Assembly: GCA_963696395.1 (NCBI GenBank)
Contig: CAVOJZ010000002.1
Span: forward strand, 848,619 to 912,618
DNA from: an uncultured bacterium
GTDB lineage: Bacteria; Patescibacteriota; Minisyncoccia; UBA6257; 2-01-FULL-56-20
Length of the DNA stretch: 64,000 nucleotides
Direction of reading: 5' to 3'
Shown here: positions 9,394-18,794 of the stretch, piece after piece
Numbering within the stretch: position 1 is the first letter of the stretch
How the letters are laid out: each line of letters opens with the position of its first letter
The notes under the pieces: generated by a model
Databases searched by the model: none
The model's input: only the letters and a program-made list of their open reading frames with translations
Told to the model about the DNA's origin: nothing
Translations under genes and position numbers: made by a program

Positions 9394-10299
9394 CTAATAC
9401 GTGGTCGTGCTACCCGTGTAGGGGATCATCAAGCCCGTTGTCTGTGACCAGTTACTCAGCTTTGCGTTTATCCAGTTTATGAGTTGTTGAAAACTGAGCG
9501 TTGCGCCGACGTGGATATAATTCATGTAGTTCGGCACGGTGAATGTCTGGCCGTTGCTCAATTGCACAACGAACGATCCGTCGCTATTCACTTGAGTGAT
9601 GGTGCCGCTCAAATTTTCATAATTTGAGATGTTTATATTACTGAGATCGGGGAAAAGCGCAGTGAGTCCGGCGGGAAGACCGGTCGTTGTGGTTATCGGT
9701 AAGGTTGTTGGTGCAATGCCAATCTGCGGCTTCGAAAGGTCTCTTACGACGGTCGCCTGAAGTGTGCCGTCTGGGGTGTATGCACCGTAAGCATTAATTT
9801 GATCTCCCGGAGTGATATTTGCGATTACACCCGGAGTCCGATTCCGGAGCAGGACCTCCGTATCGGCGTTAATTTGGATTTGGTACGCCGTCCCGCTTGC
9901 GATAGCCGGACATGTGGTTGGAATGCTCGACGCCGCCGTCTGATCCGGGAAAGAAAGACAGATAGCCGCAGCGCTTCCGTTTGCCATCTGTCCCGGATCG
10001 ATTGCCTGAATTACGGCCGGTGCCTGATTTGAGGTAACAGCGGTCACGATGAGGCCGTCAAATTGCACCCAATTTCCAGCTGGCAACGGCAAAGTTATCG
10101 TGGGCATTGTCGGTAGCGATGCCGGAGGGTAGTTCCCGGTTGAGCCGCTCGTGGAGGAGGCGGATGAGGAACTCATTGCCGAAGTGTTTTCGGTACTCGT
10201 CCCGGTGTAGGAGAAGAGTTGGGCATTTGCGGTGAGGCCGATGCTCGCTGTGAGGGAAGCGATCGCGAGCGCAAGAAAAATGTTTTGTTTGTTTTTCAT
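9394..10299 (-). CDS. Secreted S/T-rich protein with DUF5666-like OB repeat
   Basis: Signal peptide; GDQINAYG....GTLQATVVRDLSKP motif; paralog of the adjacent gene. Confidence 0.7.
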   Translation of the reverse strand: MKNKQNIFLALAIASLTASIGLTANAQLFSYTGTSTENTSAMSSSSASSTSGSTGNYPPASLPTMPTITLPLPAGNWVQFDGLIVTAVTSNQAPAVIQAIDPGQMANGSAAAICLSFPDQTAASSIPTTCPAIASGTAYQIQINADTEVLLRNRTPGVIANITPGDQINAYGAYTPDGTLQATVVRDLSKPQIGIAPTTLPITTTTGLPAGLTALFPDLSNINISNYENLSGTITQVNSDGSFVVQLSNGQTFTVPNYMNYIHVGATLSFQQLINWINAKLSNWSQTTGLMIPYTGSTTTY

Positions 10300-10424
10300 G
10301 ATGTTGCTGTTAATTTATTTTTAACACCCCGAGGGCCATGGATTCCCGGGCGCATTCTTTGATACGGCATGTCGTTTTATTTATTACAAATCAGCATTAT
10401 TCGAGCTCTGAAATGCTTGCAAAC

Positions 10425-10453
10425 AAAAACTCCGGCGACATGCCGGAGTTTTT
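10425..10453. terminator. Bidirectional intrinsic terminator
   Basis: AAAAACTCCGGC-gacat-GCCGGAGTTTTT. Confidence 0.75.
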
Positions 10454-10472
10454 GGGAGAACGGGCGATTCAG

Positions 10473-11681
10473 CTACTGATTGGTCGGATTAACGACTGCC
10501 GGCACGGGTATCATCGGGGGCATACTCACTGTGGAGTTCCCGATGGTGATTTGCGAAACAGATGAGATCGTGTTGTTAAGCGAGCTCATGAGTCCGCGAA
10601 CCGTCACGGTCGCGCCTACTGTTATCGGATTCTCGACGGTTACCGTGGATCCGTTGTTCATTTTGATGACGAACGAACCATCTGCATTTATTGCTGTCAC
10701 CGTCCCCGTATAGGCAGATGCCGTTACCGGAAGCGAGAGGTCGCGGATGATGTCTGCGGTGATCGTTTGGCCGTTGTCGCTCGATTCGCCGTACACATTC
10801 AGCATGTCGCCGGTGTTAAGGCTCGAAAGCGAAAGCTGGTTCCGATTGCGATCAAGGATAATCGTCCGTGAATCAACAGTCACGACATATTTATGGAGCA
10901 TCATCCAGTTCGGTGCAAGCGCCGAAGGGGCTGTTACGTTTGCCGTCGCCGGATTGGCGGAAAAATCTGAAACACCCATCGGGCACGCAATCGCCGCACC
11001 GGAGCTGTTGGCATCAAATCCAAGACAGGGCGAACCAACGGCTTGCGTTACAGCGAGCGTCGCAGAGGTTCCCACGCCCGATTCGGCAATCGAAACCAAA
11101 GTTACGTTGTCGAGCTGCATCGTTTGCGTCTCTGCCGGCTTTGATATGTCGCGCACAAGATAGGCCTGGATGCTGCCATCGGCATTGTAATAGCCGAAGA
11201 CGTTAATTTGGTCGCCCTGCGAGAAATCGCTGAGCGATGCCTGAGTTCGGTCGCGAAGGATCAGCTGCGTTGAGGGAGAAACTTCAATGGTGACCGTATT
11301 CTGGTATACCGGAGGGACCGGCATATAGTTCGTACTCGACGTGCTGCCGTTTGCTACAGCCGTCGGCGTTCCGGGGGCGGTTTGAGCCTGCATTGGGCAG
11401 GCGATGGACTCGCCTTGCGCATCGCTTTCCGAATTAAAACGGAGACACGTGCTTGCTCCGGTAGCCGTGATGACTCCGGTGGTATTTGATACCGTAGCCG
11501 CAACGCTTTGGACCGTTAATGTATTAAACTGCACGAATCCCGGAGTAATCGGCGGACTGACGGGTCCCGGGGAGATAAGCGCCGGACCATCTGTCGGAGC
11601 AGCGGTCTGAGCATGCACACCGACTGAGCTAAACATAAGCACAACTAATGCTAAAAGGGCACAAGAAGTTATCTTTTTCAT
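10473..11681 (-). CDS. Secreted protein with two DUF5666-like repeats
   Basis: Signal peptide (VHA-Q); GDQINVFG..VRDISKP and GDMLNVYG..IRDLSLP repeats. Confidence 0.72.
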   Translation of the reverse strand: MKKITSCALLALVVLMFSSVGVHAQTAAPTDGPALISPGPVSPPITPGFVQFNTLTVQSVAATVSNTTGVITATGASTCLRFNSESDAQGESIACPMQAQTAPGTPTAVANGSTSSTNYMPVPPVYQNTVTIEVSPSTQLILRDRTQASLSDFSQGDQINVFGYYNADGSIQAYLVRDISKPAETQTMQLDNVTLVSIAESGVGTSATLAVTQAVGSPCLGFDANSSGAAIACPMGVSDFSANPATANVTAPSALAPNWMMLHKYVVTVDSRTIILDRNRNQLSLSSLNTGDMLNVYGESSDNGQTITADIIRDLSLPVTASAYTGTVTAINADGSFVIKMNNGSTVTVENPITVGATVTVRGLMSSLNNTISSVSQITIGNSTVSMPPMIPVPAVVNPTNQ

Positions 11682-11810
11682 TGTTTTAGGGTTTTTTATA
11701 AGCCTCGCGAGGGCTATACGTTTTCGACCTGTACCTTATATGATACCAAACAGAGTCAGATCTGTTACACCATAAAAAAGCCCCCCTAATCATAAAGAAA
11801 AGAGGGGATA

Positions 11811-12476
11811 TTAAGGGATCGAAGCTTGAGCTATATTCGAATAGCCGCTTTCAGCCCATCCACTAGCGTTAGGGCATGAACCGCTGTTCGTATAATCCCC
11901 GTAAAACGTGACCACATAGTAGTAAATGAATCCAGGTTGCTCGCTGTCGTCGGTGTAACTTGTTGTTGTGACTAGACTGGCAAGCTCACTGAAGGGAGGT
12001 CCATCTAATGTACTTACATACACGTTGTATCCCACGTTGCTATAGCATGGATCCGATGCCGATGGGCTCGGATCCCAAGTGAGATTCACGACGTACCATC
12101 CGGTTCCTTTTACCGACAGCTTCGGCGAATTGGTAGCGGTGCTTACCACGGTTACGGTACCGGTTGCGAGACCTCCGGTTGTGGGACTGAAAATCACCGT
12201 GAAGGTGGCTTTGCCTTTCCCTGGGATCGTCTTCGGGAGGGTAATTCCTCCGATCGCGAATTCACTGCTCCCGACGCCATTGATCGCTTTGATGGTCACC
12301 GGAGCGCTTCCGGTGTTTTTTATCGTGATGGTCTTTGCGTTTTGGCTACCATCGTCGATGATCCCGGCATTCCACGATGTTGGACTGAATGCGATTGTGC
12401 CGGCATTGCCGAAACAATTCGCCGAACAGGCAAACAACCAAAATGCGATTGCAGCGAAATTGATATATTTCGGCAT
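11811..12476 (-). CDS. Secreted ASPM-SPD2-Hydin (choice-of-anchor D) Ig domain plus FN3-like protein
   Basis: TITIKNTGSAPVTI..FTVIFSPT..G.VTV.S; VNLTWD..GYNVY..YTD..YYYVVT..ESGYSN. Confidence 0.8.
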   Translation of the reverse strand: MPKYINFAAIAFWLFACSANCFGNAGTIAFSPTSWNAGIIDDGSQNAKTITIKNTGSAPVTIKAINGVGSSEFAIGGITLPKTIPGKGKATFTVIFSPTTGGLATGTVTVVSTATNSPKLSVKGTGWYVVNLTWDPSPSASDPCYSNVGYNVYVSTLDGPPFSELASLVTTTSYTDDSEQPGFIYYYVVTFYGDYTNSGSCPNASGWAESGYSNIAQASIP

Positions 12477-12533
12477 GCAGGCTCTTCCTTTCCTGAATTT
12501 GAAGTTGTGCTGGTTTCAGTATACTATAGGGAA

Positions 12534-15500
12534 ATGCAATCGAGAACAGCCGCCTTCACCATCATTATTTGGGCTGTTTTTAAGATTTTTTTCGTTCCGT
12601 TTTTCGCGCGCGCTGCCCTATATAATGCCGATAGTCTTTTGGGGCACATCGATCAGAGTAATAACCCTATCTACACCGTCGAAGGGGCAAATAACGGGCC
12701 GAACAATCTTGGCTTTGATAATCCTCTTGATATCGCAATTGACTCCATCAACCACCGAGTTTTCGTAATTGACCAAAACAATTCCCGCATCCTCGTTTAC
12801 GCGCTCGACTCAAATGATAATATTGCCGGCACGGCCCCAATCTTTGTCCTCGGGCAAAGTAATTTTATATCTTCGAACGTTGCTACAGCGCAAAATACAC
12901 TCGCTTATCCGGATGGCATCGCTTATGACGCGTCTAATAATCGTCTTTTTGTTTCGGATCAATTTAATAATCGTGTGGTGGTTTTTAATGTTGCACCCGG
13001 CACAATTACAAACGGCGAGAACGCCACGAATATTTTGGGCCAGGCTAATTTCGCCGCCTCAAGTTCAGCAACGTCGCAGAACGGGTTCAGCGCGCCGAGC
13101 GGCCTCGCTTATGACGCGACAACGAGTCGTCTCTTTGTGGGCGATCAAAACAATAACCGCGTTCTGATTTTCAATGTCGCCACGTCGACGTTTGCGAACA
13201 ATGAGAACGCCTCGAGTGTTATTGGCCAGGCTAATTTCACCGCCTCAAGTTCAGCAACGTCGCAGAACGGACTAGCCGGTCCATTCGGTCTCGTCCTCGA
13301 TGGCAACAATCGTCTTTTTGTGGCGGACAACGGCAATAACCGGGTAGTTTATTTCAATGTCGCCACGTCGACGTTTGCGAACAATGAGAACGCCTCGAGT
13401 GTTATTGGCCAGGCTAATTTCACCGCCTCAAGTTCAGCAACGTCGCAGAACGGACTAGCCGGTCCGCAGGGTATCAGCTACGACGGTGTCGGCAACCGTC
13501 TTTTTGTGGCGGACAGCGGCAATAACCGCTTGATGGTTTTTGCGGTTGGCACTTCGACGTTTACAAACGGTGAAAACGCTTCAACCGTTCTCGGTCAAAC
13601 TGATTTTAACGGATCGAACTCAAGCGTTTCACAGAGCAGCCTCAATAATCCTTATGGCGTTGCTTACGACACCATCAACAACGGCCTTTTTGTATCCGAC
13701 GCCGCCAATAACCGACTTCTGGTTTTTCCTGCGGCCACTTCGTCGATATCGAACGGCGAAAACGCTTCAGGCATTCTCGGCGAATCGGTGTATACGCTTG
13801 GTGGCGCAAACGGAGGTCCAAGCGGAGAAGGTATGGATTCCCCGGTTGATACGGCACTTGACACCGTGAACCATCGACTCTTTGTTTCTGACCAGAATAA
13901 CAACCGGGTGCTTGTTTTTACCCTGGATGCAAACAATAAAATTTCAGGCACTACAGCGGCATTTGTTCTTGGGCAAAGTAATCTGACGAGTGGTGCCCCG
14001 AATACGACGCAAAACGGTTTGACCAATCCTTATGGCCTTGCCTATGATGCCGCGAGCAATCGTCTTTTTGTTGCGGACAATGGGAACAACCGGATTCTTG
14101 TGTTTAATGTTGCCCCCGGAACACTCGCAAATAATGAGAACGCAATGAATGTTCTTGGCCAGAGTGGATATACGGCTTCAAGTTCCGCGACGTCAAACAC
14201 TGGGTTGAACTCGCCGTATGGTCTCATGTATGACGCAGCCGGCGGCCGCCTCTTTGTCGCTGACGAAGGGAACAATCGTATTATGGTTTTTAACGCGGGA
14301 AGTTCGACCATAATCAGCGGTGAGGGCGCGGTGAACGAACTTGGCCAGACAGATTTTAACCATTCCCATTCGGGCACATCTCAGAGAGGATTGAACGGCC
14401 CTTCCGGGCTCTCTTATGACCCCGTTTCTAATCGTCTCTTTGCGGTGGATGAAAACAATAATCGTGTCATGATTTTCGCGGTCGGTACGTCAACATTTAC
14501 GAGCGATGAGGTTGCCTCAAATGAGCTCGGTCAATCAAATTTCAGCGGATCAACTGCCACCACAACTCAAAACGGTTTTAACGATCCCTATGGCATCGCC
14601 TACGATACGATTAACGGACGCCTTTTTGTAACAGACACCGGAAATTACCGCATTATGGTTTTTAATAATGTTTCGACGTCGAGCATCTCAAACGACGAGA
14701 ATGCATCTAATGATATCGGTCAGGCGGACTTTGTTTCTTCGGGTGGACCGAATGTTTCCCAGACCGGGATAAATTCGGATAATGCAATCGCCTTCGACCC
14801 GGCAAATAACCGGCTCTTCGCGGTGGATAATTCTCTGAGTCGCCTGATGCAACTTTCGTTTGTAAAGATTACAACAGCGTCTTTACCCACCGGCACGGTT
14901 GGCTCTTCGTATTCACAAACCCTTATCACGACTTCCACCCAAGGGACAGTCACGTTTGCCTTGAAGGCCGGTTCGTTGCCGCCAGGATTAGCACTTTCGA
15001 GTTCGAGCGGAATTATTTCCGGAACTCCTTCGACGGCAACGACGACTACATTCACCGTCGAGGCGGACAATACATTTTCCACGGGATCCTTCTTTGATCA
15101 GGCAACATTGTCGCTTACCACCGCGAATGGGCAGGCGGCGATATCGCTTGCTCCGACCCTCTTAAGCTACACGGCATCTTCGACGGCAACCTCAACGCAT
15201 GAAGGAACTCAGTTTGTTATTCTCACGAACAGCGGTAGCGGATCGTCAACGCTTAATTGGACGGCAAACTCGTCGCAATCTTGGCTCAGTCTAACAAAGT
15301 CAACAGGAACCCTCGCAACGAACGCTACGACGAGCATTGGGTTTATGATAAATCCTTCGTCGCTCGCAATTGGGGCATATAACGCAACGGGAACTTTTTC
15401 AGATGCCTCGTCTTCCAATTCACCACAGACTGTTTCGGTCACCCTCACCATAGCGTCTGCTGCAGGACCGGCAATCTTCCTTTCGCCGACTTCATTAAAC

Positions 15501-16316
15501 TACACCGCAACGGTGGGTGCTTCGTCTCCAAATGAAGGGATATTGAGCGTTACGGTAACAAACAGTGGGTCCGCGTCAACAACGCTTCACTGGGCAGTCG
15601 CTTCATCCCAGTCGTGGCTTACGTTTACCGCGGCGAGTGGCACTTTGGCAACAGGCGTGGCAACGAGCGTTGGGTTTGTGGTCGATCCTTCCTCGCTGGC
15701 TGTGGGAACATTTAATGCAACCGGTACTTTTAGTGATGCATCGTCAACGAATTCTCCGCAATCGGTAAGCGTTGTACTCACGGTTTCGGCGTCGGGTGGA
15801 GGTGGCGGTGGTGGAGGTGGCGGTGGTGGAGGTGGAGGTGGAGGAGGTGGCGGTGGCGGCGGTGGCGGTGGCGGAGGTGGCGGTGGCGGCAGCGGTGGCG
15901 GCAGCGGCAGCGGCAGCGGCAGCTCTTCTACTTCAACGAACGCAACAAGCACCGCAACGAGCGCCAATGTGAACACCGCGAGCTCAACTGATCTAATCGC
16001 AATCCTTCAATCGCTTCTCGCCGAGTTGAATGTGCTTATCGCAAAACTTAACGCAAAACTCATACCACTCCTTACAAGAAATCTTACCGTTGGCAGTTTT
16101 GGCCCTGACGTGAAAGCTTTGCAGACACTGCTCAATGATAACGGCTATCCCATTGCGACGACCGGATCTGGATCGCCCGGGAACGAATCGCAGTATCTTG
16201 GACCGAGAACATCGGCGGCGCTTGCCAAGTTTCAAAAAGCAAACGGTCTTCCGGCGACAGGTTTTTTTGGTTCGCTGACCCGGGCGTTACTGATCAAAAA
16301 GTGGGGCGGGGAATGA
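12534..16316 (+). CDS. Surface protein: NHL beta-propeller repeats, putative Ig (He_PIG), two BACON-like domains, poly-Gly linker, C-terminal peptidoglycan-binding domain
   Basis: Repeated P.G.AYD...RLFV.D..NNR; GSLPPGLAL...SGIISGTP; SQSWL; RNLTVGS.GPDVKALQ..LN...FQKANGL..TGFFG.LTRA. ATG 12534 gives a signal peptide; the ORF-track start overlaps the neighbouring gene. Confidence 0.85.
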   Translation: MQSRTAAFTIIIWAVFKIFFVPFFARAALYNADSLLGHIDQSNNPIYTVEGANNGPNNLGFDNPLDIAIDSINHRVFVIDQNNSRILVYALDSNDNIAGTAPIFVLGQSNFISSNVATAQNTLAYPDGIAYDASNNRLFVSDQFNNRVVVFNVAPGTITNGENATNILGQANFAASSSATSQNGFSAPSGLAYDATTSRLFVGDQNNNRVLIFNVATSTFANNENASSVIGQANFTASSSATSQNGLAGPFGLVLDGNNRLFVADNGNNRVVYFNVATSTFANNENASSVIGQANFTASSSATSQNGLAGPQGISYDGVGNRLFVADSGNNRLMVFAVGTSTFTNGENASTVLGQTDFNGSNSSVSQSSLNNPYGVAYDTINNGLFVSDAANNRLLVFPAATSSISNGENASGILGESVYTLGGANGGPSGEGMDSPVDTALDTVNHRLFVSDQNNNRVLVFTLDANNKISGTTAAFVLGQSNLTSGAPNTTQNGLTNPYGLAYDAASNRLFVADNGNNRILVFNVAPGTLANNENAMNVLGQSGYTASSSATSNTGLNSPYGLMYDAAGGRLFVADEGNNRIMVFNAGSSTIISGEGAVNELGQTDFNHSHSGTSQRGLNGPSGLSYDPVSNRLFAVDENNNRVMIFAVGTSTFTSDEVASNELGQSNFSGSTATTTQNGFNDPYGIAYDTINGRLFVTDTGNYRIMVFNNVSTSSISNDENASNDIGQADFVSSGGPNVSQTGINSDNAIAFDPANNRLFAVDNSLSRLMQLSFVKITTASLPTGTVGSSYSQTLITTSTQGTVTFALKAGSLPPGLALSSSSGIISGTPSTATTTTFTVEADNTFSTGSFFDQATLSLTTANGQAAISLAPTLLSYTASSTATSTHEGTQFVILTNSGSGSSTLNWTANSSQSWLSLTKSTGTLATNATTSIGFMINPSSLAIGAYNATGTFSDASSSNSPQTVSVTLTIASAAGPAIFLSPTSLNYTATVGASSPNEGILSVTVTNSGSASTTLHWAVASSQSWLTFTAASGTLATGVATSVGFVVDPSSLAVGTFNATGTFSDASSTNSPQSVSVVLTVSASGGGGGGGGGGGGGGGGGGGGGGGGGGGGGGGGSGGGSGSGSGSSSTSTNATSTATSANVNTASSTDLIAILQSLLAELNVLIAKLNAKLIPLLTRNLTVGSFGPDVKALQTLLNDNGYPIATTGSGSPGNESQYLGPRTSAALAKFQKANGLPATGFFGSLTRALLIKKWGGE
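13169..13465 (+). repeat. Identical ~114-bp direct repeat within the NHL gene (183-bp period)
   Basis: 13169-13282 is identical to 13352-13465; partial third copy near 13038-13084. Confidence 0.9.
15795..15923 (+). repeat. GGN codon tract encoding 32 Gly plus a GS linker
   Basis: Mixed GGT/GGA/GGC triplets. Confidence 0.95.
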
Positions 16317-16376
16317 GCTGGACTTACGGCCTAATCCGTGATATAAACAGCACAGTTGTTCCCAAGGAGGAATCTC

Positions 16377-16768
16377 ATGTTGATGGAAGTTATTTCAAGA
16401 GAGAAATACGAGAAGAAGTACGGACCTATACGCAATAGCTTGCTGGCCGAAGAAACGATTGCCCTTCGTCAGAAGATCGTGGCGTTAAAAATAGGCGAAG
16501 GTTTGATCGTGATTCCTGCCGATGGCAAAAAGCTGAAGCACTTGAATGAGTCCATGCGGCAACGTATGCTCAAGTGGCGCGAGAAGAGAATCTCGATTTC
16601 ATCCTGAAAGTCTCGTGCAACAAAAAGCCGGTCACAGGAAAGCCTGCTCATATTGTCATATGGAAAATGAAAAAGGAAGGTTCAGGTGCGGAGAACCCAT
16701 CTGCGGAGCAGTCCTCGTCCGTAGCGACAGCGCGTAGAAAACCTGGCCGGCCGCGAACCAAACAATAA
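16377..16768 (+). pseudogene. Frameshifted (or mis-assembled) small basic protein with AT-hook-like tail
   Basis: AAGGAGG SD; ORFs 16377-16607 and 16574-16768 join at GAGAAGAGAAT; similarity to the next gene spans both frames; ends RRKPGRPRTKQ. Confidence 0.55.
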
Positions 16769-16787
16769 GTCTTACTCGTCAGATCCA

Positions 16788-16820
16788 ACGCCTCGCAGCA
16801 CGTATTGCGGGGCGTTTTGT
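16788..16820 (+). terminator. Intrinsic terminator
   Basis: AACGCCTCGCA...TGCGGGGCGTT followed by T-rich tail. Confidence 0.65.
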
Positions 16821-16881
16821 TATTGGAATTAGTGGATTAATCGATTGATTTATGGTATAACCAGAAAAGCTTGCTATTGTT

Positions 16882-17691
16882 ATGGAGACTAAAATGGAGA
16901 CAAGAATTGCTCTGTGGGCAAAAGTTTGCCAGATGTCGCCGGGAAGATTCTTGATTCTCACTCCCGAAGACAACGAAAATTTATCAAGGCTTCGCGCTCG
17001 CGTAAACAGATATTTAAAAAAGAAAAACTCGGATTGGAGGATCGGCTTCGGTGTTCGGGTTTTGTCGAGAACTTGCAGAAACCATCTCGTGGTGGAAAAG
17101 TGGCGTAGACCGATAGTCGTTCCCCGTAACGGGCTCGTTGATCAATTAGGGGAGCGAGCGGATCGAAATGGAGCTGCGATCGGTCTCGATCAGTTGGAAT
17201 ACCAGATCGTGATTCTCGCGATGCACGGGCACGACAACCCGGAAATTGCGAGCGAGCTCAATATGACTGAACGAACCGTAAAAAAATATTTTAGTTGTAT
17301 GTTTGAAGATTTCAACATTCCCACTAAAATATCGGGACGTAAAGTCATTAAGCGAATTGTTCTGCTTAGTGCGATCGCAAAATCACTGGCGAGGATTCGT
17401 AATAAAGATGGCTTTTGCCCAACCGTGACCACTATGCGTATTCGACGGCTTGGTGAAATGTTTGATCAGTCGTCTTGTAATCTGCGGATCATCCGTCTCG
17501 TGGCCAAGGGATACAAAAATGAGGAAATTGCCGTTATGACCGGAGATTCAGTAGGGGTCGTAAAAAATAAACTTCGAGAGATATTTGCGATCGTTGGTTG
17601 TGAAAGTCGGACCATGTTGTCGCAGAAATTTCTTGAGGATCAATTGATGAGCCGGAAAGTTAAATCCAAGCGTACCCCACGACAAAATTAA
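16882..17691 (+). CDS. Regulator with unnamed N-domain and two tandem LuxR-type HTH domains
   Basis: G.DNPEIASELNMTERTVKKYF and GYKNEEIA.MTG.S.GVVKNKLREIF..VG.ESR; the start may be ATG 16894 after GGAG. Confidence 0.75.
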   Translation: METKMETRIALWAKVCQMSPGRFLILTPEDNENLSRLRARVNRYLKKKNSDWRIGFGVRVLSRTCRNHLVVEKWRRPIVVPRNGLVDQLGERADRNGAAIGLDQLEYQIVILAMHGHDNPEIASELNMTERTVKKYFSCMFEDFNIPTKISGRKVIKRIVLLSAIAKSLARIRNKDGFCPTVTTMRIRRLGEMFDQSSCNLRIIRLVAKGYKNEEIAVMTGDSVGVVKNKLREIFAIVGCESRTMLSQKFLEDQLMSRKVKSKRTPRQN

Positions 17692-17710
17692 CGTCGTGGG
17701 GCATTTTTTT
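17675..17710 (+). terminator. Intrinsic terminator overlapping the stop codon
   Basis: CCCCACGAC...GTCGTGGGG then T-run. Confidence 0.65.
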
Positions 17711-17736
17711 CTCGTTTCTGCTAGACTTTATGCATT

Positions 17737-18765
17737 ATGAAACTATCCATCGGCATCGTAGGCCTCCCGAATGTGGGAAAGTCAACGCTCTTTAAGGTTC
17801 TCACCAAGCAGGATATCACCATTGCGAATTATCCTTTCGCCACCATAGACCCCAATGTTGGCGTCGTTTCGGTTCCCGACGAGCGGCTCGAAAAGCTGAA
17901 CGTTTTAAGCAAGTCCAAGAAAAAAATTCCTGCCGTCGTCGAATTTTATGATATCGCCGGCTTGGTGAAAGGGGCGAATAAAGGGGAGGGTCTTGGAAAC
18001 CAATTCCTCGGCCACATTAAGGAAACCCAAGCGATCGTTATTGTGCTGCGCATCTTTAACAATCCGGAAATTATTCATGTTGAAAACTCGGTGGACGCGT
18101 TGCGCGATCTGGAAATCATCAACTCGGAATTAATTTTGAAAGATCTTGAGCTTGTGGAAAAACGTTTTAATAAAGCTGAGGCTGAAGCGCGAACCGGTAA
18201 AAAGGAAGCTGTGCTCGATAAGGATCTGCTCGGGCGATTAAAGCATTGTTTGGAAGCGGGCAATCTGCCGTTGTCAGACGCATCGCTCGTTCACGACGTT
18301 ACGCATGAAATGAAGACAACGGGGCGCCTCCTCGATCTCAATCTGCTTACGCTCAAGCGACAAATTTATCTTTTAAACGGAGTTCCGAATGAAGCTCCCG
18401 CGCCACTCATCGAAAAAATAAAATCGCTTGGCGCTGATTATGTGATCGTTGACCTTTCGCAGGCGGACGCCATTCCGGAGCTCGTGAAAGAAGCCTACAA
18501 AGTTTTGAATCTTATCAGTTTCTTTACGACGGGCGAAGACGAAACGCGCGCCTGGACTATCGAGCAGGGGACAAAAGCGCCGCAAGCTGCGGGCGTTATC
18601 CACACAGATTTTGAAAAGAAATTCATTCGCCTGGAAGTTGTCGCCTGGGACAAGCTTCTTCAGAGCGGCAGTTGGTCTCATGCCAAGCAAAAAGGCTGGC
18701 TACGCGTTGAAGGCAAGGAATACGTTGTATTAGACGGGGACGTGCTCGAAGTTCGGCACGGATAA
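17737..18765 (+). CDS. ychF: Ribosome-binding ATPase YchF
   Basis: GIVGLPNVGKSTLF, ANYPFATIDPN, DIAGLVKGA..GEGLGNQFL, TGS domain. Confidence 0.97.
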   Translation: MKLSIGIVGLPNVGKSTLFKVLTKQDITIANYPFATIDPNVGVVSVPDERLEKLNVLSKSKKKIPAVVEFYDIAGLVKGANKGEGLGNQFLGHIKETQAIVIVLRIFNNPEIIHVENSVDALRDLEIINSELILKDLELVEKRFNKAEAEARTGKKEAVLDKDLLGRLKHCLEAGNLPLSDASLVHDVTHEMKTTGRLLDLNLLTLKRQIYLLNGVPNEAPAPLIEKIKSLGADYVIVDLSQADAIPELVKEAYKVLNLISFFTTGEDETRAWTIEQGTKAPQAAGVIHTDFEKKFIRLEVVAWDKLLQSGSWSHAKQKGWLRVEGKEYVVLDGDVLEVRHG

Positions 18766-18794
18766 TAGGGTCTTTGCGGGGTCAGCGTCGTGAT

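Noticed and set aside
12342-12533. N-terminal extension of the NHL protein in the ORF track
   Set aside because: It overlaps the divergent gene; ATG 12534 has a -10 box just upstream and begins a signal peptide
13169-13465. Diversity-generating retroelement template/variable repeat pair
   Set aside because: The copies are identical with no adenine-specific mismatches, and no reverse transcriptase is present in the window
15587-15976. Poly-Pro ORF on the minus strand
   Set aside because: Antisense shadow of the poly-Gly codons
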